Source: Candidatus Zhuqueibacterota bacterium
GTDB taxonomy: Bacteria; Zhuqueibacterota; Zhuqueibacteria; Thermofontimicrobiales; Thermofontimicrobiaceae
Assembly: GCA_049322915.1 (NCBI GenBank)
Contig: JBMOPW010000040.1
Span: forward strand, 1-43,546
DNA length: 43,546 nucleotides
Direction of reading: 5' to 3'
In this document: positions 39,301 to 43,546 of the stretch, in pieces
Position numbering within the stretch: position 1 is the first letter of the stretch
Layout of the letters: the number at the start of each line of letters is the position of its first letter
Program-made: the position numbers and the translations under genes
The notes under the pieces: model-generated
What the model was told of the DNA's origin: nothing
Databases searched by the model: none
Seen by the model: only the letters and a program-made list of their open reading frames with translations

Positions 39301-39637
39301 CCCATACGATGCCGGGATTCTGCTGAAAAATGGCAATGGACCCGATGGACGAGGCCGGCTGGTCATCGAAAATCGGCTCCCACGTGAGTCCGCCGTTGGT
39401 GGATTTCCATACCCCGCCTGTGGCAGCGCCTACATAAATAATGTTCGGATTGGACTCCACCGCCTGAATATCACCGATGCGGCCGCTCATACCGGCAGGT
39501 CCAATGCTGCGCGCTTTCATGCCGGAAAATATGTCAGGATTAAATTGTGCAAAGATTAAAGATGAGGAATGAAGTAAGAATAAAGAAAGAAAAAATAGTG
39601 TGCGAAAACTGAAGGATGGCTTCATGCGATTCTCCAT
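36389..39637 (-). CDS. Secreted VPS10/sortilin-like BNR-repeat beta-propeller protein (glycosyl-hydrolase-like)
   Basis: ARSIGPAGMSGRI; multiple Asp-box repeats (STNGGLTW, SLDDGHTW, SEDGGRHW, SYDRGETW, TRDGGKTW); GGMQDNGSW; RFNWNA; LVIGTHGRS. Confidence 0.88.
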   Translation of the reverse strand: MENRMKPSFSFRTLFFLSLFLLHSSSLIFAQFNPDIFSGMKARSIGPAGMSGRIGDIQAVESNPNIIYVGAATGGVWKSTNGGLTWEPIFDDQPASSIGSIAIFQQNPGIVWVGAGEGNPRNSVGVGYGIFKSLDDGHTWQFLGLEKTEKIHRIVLHPTNPDIAYAAALGTTWGENPERGVFKTVNGGKTWKKILFVDEKTGCADLVMDPVNPNKLFAAMWEHRRWPWFFKSGGPGSGLYVTYDAGETWKKFTEKDGIPKGELGRIGIGIARSNPSVVYALIEAKKNALCRSEDGGRHWEIVNQTDNVNPRPFYYADIRVDPQNENRIYSLHSRLVVSNDGGRTFERNRSRVHSDHHALWIHPQNGNLMINGNDGGVAISYDRGETWRFVDNLPLAQYYHINVDMEIPYNIYGGMQDNGSWRGPSDVWENGGIRNYHWQEVGFGDGFGTLSIPDDPNSGYSMSQGGYLMRFNLSTGERKDIRPPAPDSIELRFNWNAAIAHDPFDGDALYFGSQFLHKSADRGESWAIISPDLTTNDPAKQKQKESGGLTLDVTHAENHTTIFTIAPSPINASVIWVGTDDGNVQVTRDGGKTWVNTVKNIANVPAASWCSHIEASKFDDGAAYVVFDDHCRGNWTTYIFKTENYGKTWLNLAKNPPRNIDPLKEPWGFAHDIEQDPVQKELLYLGTEFGLYISFDDGVNWMKWKHGLPTVPVRAVMVHPRDHDLVIGTHGRSAFIIDDVRPLRAISPAVLAKPLHLFDIPAAYQHQTRSSAGYHFPGDAIFEGQTEPFGAGITYYVNASLIKEPEKVEATPTAEAQDQPGSRRDREPKVTIQVLDSENKIIRKMEGPMKAGINRTYWGLERDGFQTPGSPGQRREGFNPPGPAVIPATYTVKIVVDKNEASQPVDVLPDPRMKVSIDGWRENHNARIRIGEKIEILSRAVDQLRSAEKSVTVILDRLKEDKGDSAKSLIKQGEALKKKLTEVMGLFVSQPGGAQGITRQDNVSRDLWAVYSSLGSSWDRPNPTQMQGMDRAEQSLSLALEKFNRVIETDVQNFRNNVVASDFTLFPTFEKLDIHWKNKESR

Positions 39638-39670
39638 TTTGTTAAAGAGTTTAGGTGAGAATATACTATG

Positions 39671-39698
39671 AATATAAACGATATTTATACAATGTCAA
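39671..39698 (-). promoter_or_regulatory. Putative sigma-70 promoter for the VPS10-like gene
   Basis: Minus strand TTGACA-N16-TATATT, 34 bp upstream of ATG 39637. Confidence 0.5.
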
Positions 39699-40016
39699 GA
39701 AGAACTTTTGGATAGCGGCAGCGGAGTTATTGCGCCGCTGGACAGCCTGAGGGAGAGGACTTCTGCCCGGTGCAATACCATTTTTTACCTCTACCAATGG
39801 CTGAAATAGCAGACGGGAAAACCGGAAGGATTGGCAAACGAGTAGAGCGCTATGCCTTCTTCACTCGCCTGATTGCGGGGACGAACTGGTAAGTTTTCCA
39901 GTGTGAAATTGTATCGCCGATGTTGAAATTCACAGGGATAGTTGAAGTGGGTTAAAAACCGAAAAGGGAAGGGCGGCAGTTTGTTTATGGCTGAACTCAT
40001 ATATGAAAAATATTCC

Positions 40017-40045
40017 TTGCAACATGATATTTATATTTGTATCTT
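40017..40045 (+). promoter_or_regulatory. Putative sigma-70 promoter for pfkA
   Basis: TTGCAA-N17-TATCTT about 170 bp upstream of the ATG. Confidence 0.3.
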
Positions 40046-40213
40046 TTGGTTTTTTAAATCCAAGATAATGTCGAATCGTATGTCGTTCAAAAAGCTATCA
40101 TGAGCAACGATGAAGGGATAGCCATATAGAGTCCGGGATCCTGTCCCAAGCTTTAGTACAAATGCGAATGAACAGGAAACGACAAAAAAAATGAGAAGGT
40201 ACAGGAAGGAATT

Positions 40214-41185
40214 ATGAAACGAATTGCAGTATTGAGCAGTGGCGGTGACGCGCCGGGAATGAACGCGTTTATCCGGGCGGTCATTCGGACGACCATTGGC
40301 CTCGGCCTGGAAGCCTACGGCGTCATGCGGGGATTTCAGGGACTCATTGACGGGGACATTGAGCCTCTGGATAAACGTTCGGTGAGCAATATCATTCAGC
40401 GCGGCGGCACCATTTTACATACAGCACGCAGTGTGGAATTCAAAACAGCCAAAGGTCAGCGTCAGGCGCTGCGCAATTTGAACAGCAAATCCATCGATGG
40501 TCTGGTTGTTCTGGGCGGAGATGGCTCACTCACCGGGGCGCTGGCGTTGCACAACGCCGGGTTCAAGGTCATCGGCGGGCCGGGCACCATCGACAACGAT
40601 CTCGAAGGCACGGACATGGCAATCGGAGTGGACACCGCATTGAATACCGTCCTGGACGCCATCGACCGCATCAAAGAGACAGCGTCTTCGCATCAACGGG
40701 CGTTTCTGGTGGAAGTGATGGGACGAAACTGCGGTTACCTGGCGCTGATCGCTGCCATCGTCGGCGGCGCGGAAATGGCCTGTATTCCGGAGATCCCGTT
40801 AGAATTGTCCGATGTCCATCGGGTCGTTGAAAATGCCTACATCAAAGGCAAAACCCATTGCATCATAGTGGTAGCCGAGGGCGCTCAACATCCCACGCGG
40901 GAGATTAAACAATACCTGGATGCGCACAGTGAAGAGACCGGCTTTGAAACGCGGGAGACAATTCTGGGACATATTCAGCGCGGGGGCTCGCCCACAGCGT
41001 ACGACAGACTTCTGGCCACGCGTCTCGGCGCAGCCGCTGTGGAACAGTTGTTAGCCGGGGAGAGCGGCAAAATGGTCGGCATTATCGGCAACCAGATTGC
41101 TGCAACGCCCATTAAAGATATTTTAGCCAATCGAAAAAAATTGGATATGGAGCTTTATAAACTGGCGCAGCTTCTGGAAAAATAG
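40214..41185 (+). CDS. pfkA: ATP-dependent 6-phosphofructokinase
   Basis: SGGDAPGMNA, RGGTILHTAR, GGDGS, PGTIDND, VEVMGRNCG, VVAEG, LGHIQRGG; AGGAAGGA RBS. Confidence 0.97.
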   Translation: MKRIAVLSSGGDAPGMNAFIRAVIRTTIGLGLEAYGVMRGFQGLIDGDIEPLDKRSVSNIIQRGGTILHTARSVEFKTAKGQRQALRNLNSKSIDGLVVLGGDGSLTGALALHNAGFKVIGGPGTIDNDLEGTDMAIGVDTALNTVLDAIDRIKETASSHQRAFLVEVMGRNCGYLALIAAIVGGAEMACIPEIPLELSDVHRVVENAYIKGKTHCIIVVAEGAQHPTREIKQYLDAHSEETGFETRETILGHIQRGGSPTAYDRLLATRLGAAAVEQLLAGESGKMVGIIGNQIAATPIKDILANRKKLDMELYKLAQLLEK

Positions 41186-41282
41186 CGTCGTTGACAGAAC
41201 AAACAATCAGGCGGCGGCCGGAGATGCTCACTGCCTCGGCCTGATTTTCCGTTGTTCGAATTTATAAAGAGTGGAGGCATGA

Positions 41283-42398
41283 ATGCGAATAGGACGAATT
41301 TGTGTTTCGCTCGTCGGGTTGTCGTTTCTCCTGTTTTTCAATTGTAGCCTGACGCGACCGGCGTGGAAAAATGTCCGGCTTTCGGAAGCGGATCAGGATG
41401 TAGTGGATCTGCTGGTGCTGGATGCGGATCACATCAGACAGCTCAAATCGAAACCGCTTTTCAAATTCACTCCCCACGATCTGGACGTCTATCTCGGATA
41501 TTTGCAATCGGTCGAGCCGGATTTGCGAGCGCGCGTCCAGCATCTGGCGCGAAAGTGCCTGGGGCAGCCCTATGAAATTTTCCTGCTGGGCGAATTCCCT
41601 TTCGAAATTTACGATCCGCAACCTCTGTACAATCTGCAAAAAAGCGACTGTGTCGTGTTCAGTGAGCATATCTACGCCATGGCGTTGTCCTATGACTGGA
41701 AAAGCTTTTTCACCATGCTGCAGCGAATTCGCTACAAGGACGGGCACATTGGCGTAACCACTCGCAACCACTACACGGAATTCGATTGGGATGTGAACAA
41801 TAGCTGGCTCGTTGAAGACATGACCGCGACATTCGCCGGGAATCGGGCTGCGCCTGTCACGACGGCGCTGGATAAAGCCAGATTTTTCGCCCGCTGGGAA
41901 CTGGGCCAATTCATTACTGTGGATACCATGAAATGGTCGTATATTCCGCACGAGCTATTGCCCGAGATCATCGATCAGTTGCAGCCTGGCGATTTTGTGA
42001 ACATCGTCCGCGGCAATGAAGAAGGAAAATGGGTCGGCCATGTCGGATTGATTACCAAAGACGACGACGGCGCGGTGAATTTCCTTCATTCCACGTGGCC
42101 CCGCGTGAAAGAAGAACCGTTGCTGAGTATGTGCCAGGCAGCAGTTCAGGCCAATGAGGCCAACCGGCAGTTCAATGAAGAGGTTCAGCGGAAGAACAAG
42201 AAAATCACTGAATTCAACGAAGCGCTTCGGGCAAAGCAGGGTGGAGAGAAGAGTCCGAAGGAGAAAAAGCTGCTCAGTACCAAGCCCTATTTTTACGGCT
42301 TCAAATTTCTCCGCCTGCGGAATGATCCCATCTGGGAACTCATGAAAATCGACGGCCCGTTAGCGCCCCGGGTCGTCACCTCGCCTATGATGTATTAG
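41283..42398 (+). CDS. DUF1460-like (NlpC/P60 superfamily) peptidoglycan amidase-like lipoprotein
   Basis: Lipobox LLFFNC; LGQPY, DCVVFSEHIYAMAL (Cys), RIRY..RNHY, LQPGDFV, GHVGLI (His), FLHS; GGAGG RBS. Confidence 0.78.
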   Translation: MRIGRICVSLVGLSFLLFFNCSLTRPAWKNVRLSEADQDVVDLLVLDADHIRQLKSKPLFKFTPHDLDVYLGYLQSVEPDLRARVQHLARKCLGQPYEIFLLGEFPFEIYDPQPLYNLQKSDCVVFSEHIYAMALSYDWKSFFTMLQRIRYKDGHIGVTTRNHYTEFDWDVNNSWLVEDMTATFAGNRAAPVTTALDKARFFARWELGQFITVDTMKWSYIPHELLPEIIDQLQPGDFVNIVRGNEEGKWVGHVGLITKDDDGAVNFLHSTWPRVKEEPLLSMCQAAVQANEANRQFNEEVQRKNKKITEFNEALRAKQGGEKSPKEKKLLSTKPYFYGFKFLRLRNDPIWELMKIDGPLAPRVVTSPMMY

Positions 42399-42419
42399 CT
42401 ACTGAGGAGAACCCATTGT

Positions 42420-43283
42420 ATGAGTAAAATTATAATCACTATCATTCTTCTGCTCGTGCTCATTGTTGTCGGGATGATAGTCGCCAGTTTCATAGGCAAA
42501 AGGATGTTTGACCGGCAGGTGGCGCGGGAAGTGACCCGGATGTTCGAGTCGTGCCGGAACTCCCGGCCGCCGGTGGTCACCGAAGCGGACGTGATGCGCC
42601 TGCCCGAGCCGGTGCAGCGCTGGTTGCGTCACTCGCAGGTCATTGGCAAAGAGCCGATCGTTGCCGTCCGGCTGAAGCAAACGGGAGAATTCCGCACCAA
42701 ACCGAATGGCGCGTGGATGCCGTTTGAGGCCACCGAATATTACACGGTGAATCCGCCGGCGTTCATCTGGTACACGGACATGAACGTCGCGCCGTTGCTG
42801 TCCATCACCGGCCGGGACAGGTACGAGAACGGCCGGGGAAATATGCTGATCAAAGTGATGTCGCTGTTCACAATTGCCGATGCCGTCGGCCCGGAAATGG
42901 ACCAGGGCACGCTGGTCCGGTTTTTGAATGAAATCATGTGGTTCCCTTCGGCTGCATTGAGCGATTATATCCAGTGGCGGGCGATCGACGCGAATTCAGC
43001 GGAAGCGACCATGAGCTATAAGGGCGTGACGGCCTCTGCGCTGTTTTCTTTCAACGAGCGCGGAGAACCAATCACCATGTCCGCCGACCGATACATGGAC
43101 GCCGGCGATGGGACTTTCCGGCTTGAAAAATGGGAGACGCCCATTACCGGGTACCGCGAGATCTCCGGCCTGAGTCTCCCGACCAAGGGCGAGGGCGTCT
43201 GGCGACTGGAATCCGGCGATTTTGCCTACGTGCGGCTTGCCATTACAGAAATAGAGTACAACAATCCAACACTTTTCGAATGA
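42420..43283 (+). CDS. DUF6544-like membrane-anchored protein of unknown function
   Basis: N-terminal transmembrane helix; LPEPVQRWL, WMPFEATEYY..PPAFIW, GRDRY..G.G.M, GPEMDQG, EIMWFPSA; GAGGAG RBS. Confidence 0.75.
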   Translation: MSKIIITIILLLVLIVVGMIVASFIGKRMFDRQVAREVTRMFESCRNSRPPVVTEADVMRLPEPVQRWLRHSQVIGKEPIVAVRLKQTGEFRTKPNGAWMPFEATEYYTVNPPAFIWYTDMNVAPLLSITGRDRYENGRGNMLIKVMSLFTIADAVGPEMDQGTLVRFLNEIMWFPSAALSDYIQWRAIDANSAEATMSYKGVTASALFSFNERGEPITMSADRYMDAGDGTFRLEKWETPITGYREISGLSLPTKGEGVWRLESGDFAYVRLAITEIEYNNPTLFE

Positions 43284-43344
43284 TGGCTTTCACCCCAGTC
43301 CAGGTTTTTGAGACGCGGCGGCAGAATTTTTTTAACAAGAATTC

Positions 43345-43420
43345 TAACCTGAATTATTCATGAACTTGCTCAGAATTTGAGTCAACATTCAGATTTTCAA
43401 TTAGCTAAAAGCTAACCTAT
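43345..43420. mobile_element. Partial inverted copy of the 26.5-kb MITE-like element
   Basis: Reverse complement of 26574-26641 with 2 mismatches and an extra 8 bp (TGAACTTG). Confidence 0.8.
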
Positions 43421-43464
43421 GTAACCGATCACAGGGTAGTTAAGAATGACAGGATAACAGGATG
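43421..43464. repeat. Small repeat element at the right end, inverted relative to the left end
   Basis: GTAACCGATCACAGGG (43421-43436) and GACAGGATAACAGGATG (43448-43464). Confidence 0.7.
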
Positions 43465-43546
43465 TTTGGGATAGACAGGATTAATTAACTTTAGCTCTTT
43501 ATCATGTTAATCAAAACATAATCGTGTAAATCACAGGAGGCTGCGT

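Noticed and set aside
1..43546. rRNA, tRNA or riboswitch genes
   Set aside because: None recognised by eye; an Infernal/Rfam and tRNAscan-SE run is needed to exclude them

Overview
Bacterial window of moderate GC; the gene style (many NYPNPFN-type C-terminal sorting domains, TonB receptors without SusD, a PorV-like gene) suggests an FCB-superphylum lineage such as KSB1, Calditrichota or Ignavibacteriota (inference only). Positions 169-26214 are a co-oriented 12-gene beta-glucan (laminarin-type) utilisation cluster: GH149-like phosphorylase, GH5+CBM6, CotH kinase, sodium:solute symporter, secreted glycan-binding protein, GH16+malectin, TonB receptor, a 1159-aa protein with a variant sorting domain, PorV/PorQ-like barrel, foldase-like lipoprotein, GH5 and GH16. 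Positions 26.5-33.8 kb are an accessory island: an NLR-like DUF4062-NTPase-TPR gene with 22 tandem 144-bp repeats that vary at fixed positions, broken by one in-frame TAG, and embedded in an array of ~240-bp palindrome-rich repeats with nested mini-insertions. The rest holds a TonB receptor and a VPS10/BNR protein on the minus strand, then pfkA, a DUF1460 amidase-like lipoprotein and a DUF6544-like protein. Both window ends carry inverted copies of a small repeat family. All family calls come from motif recognition; no database search was run.
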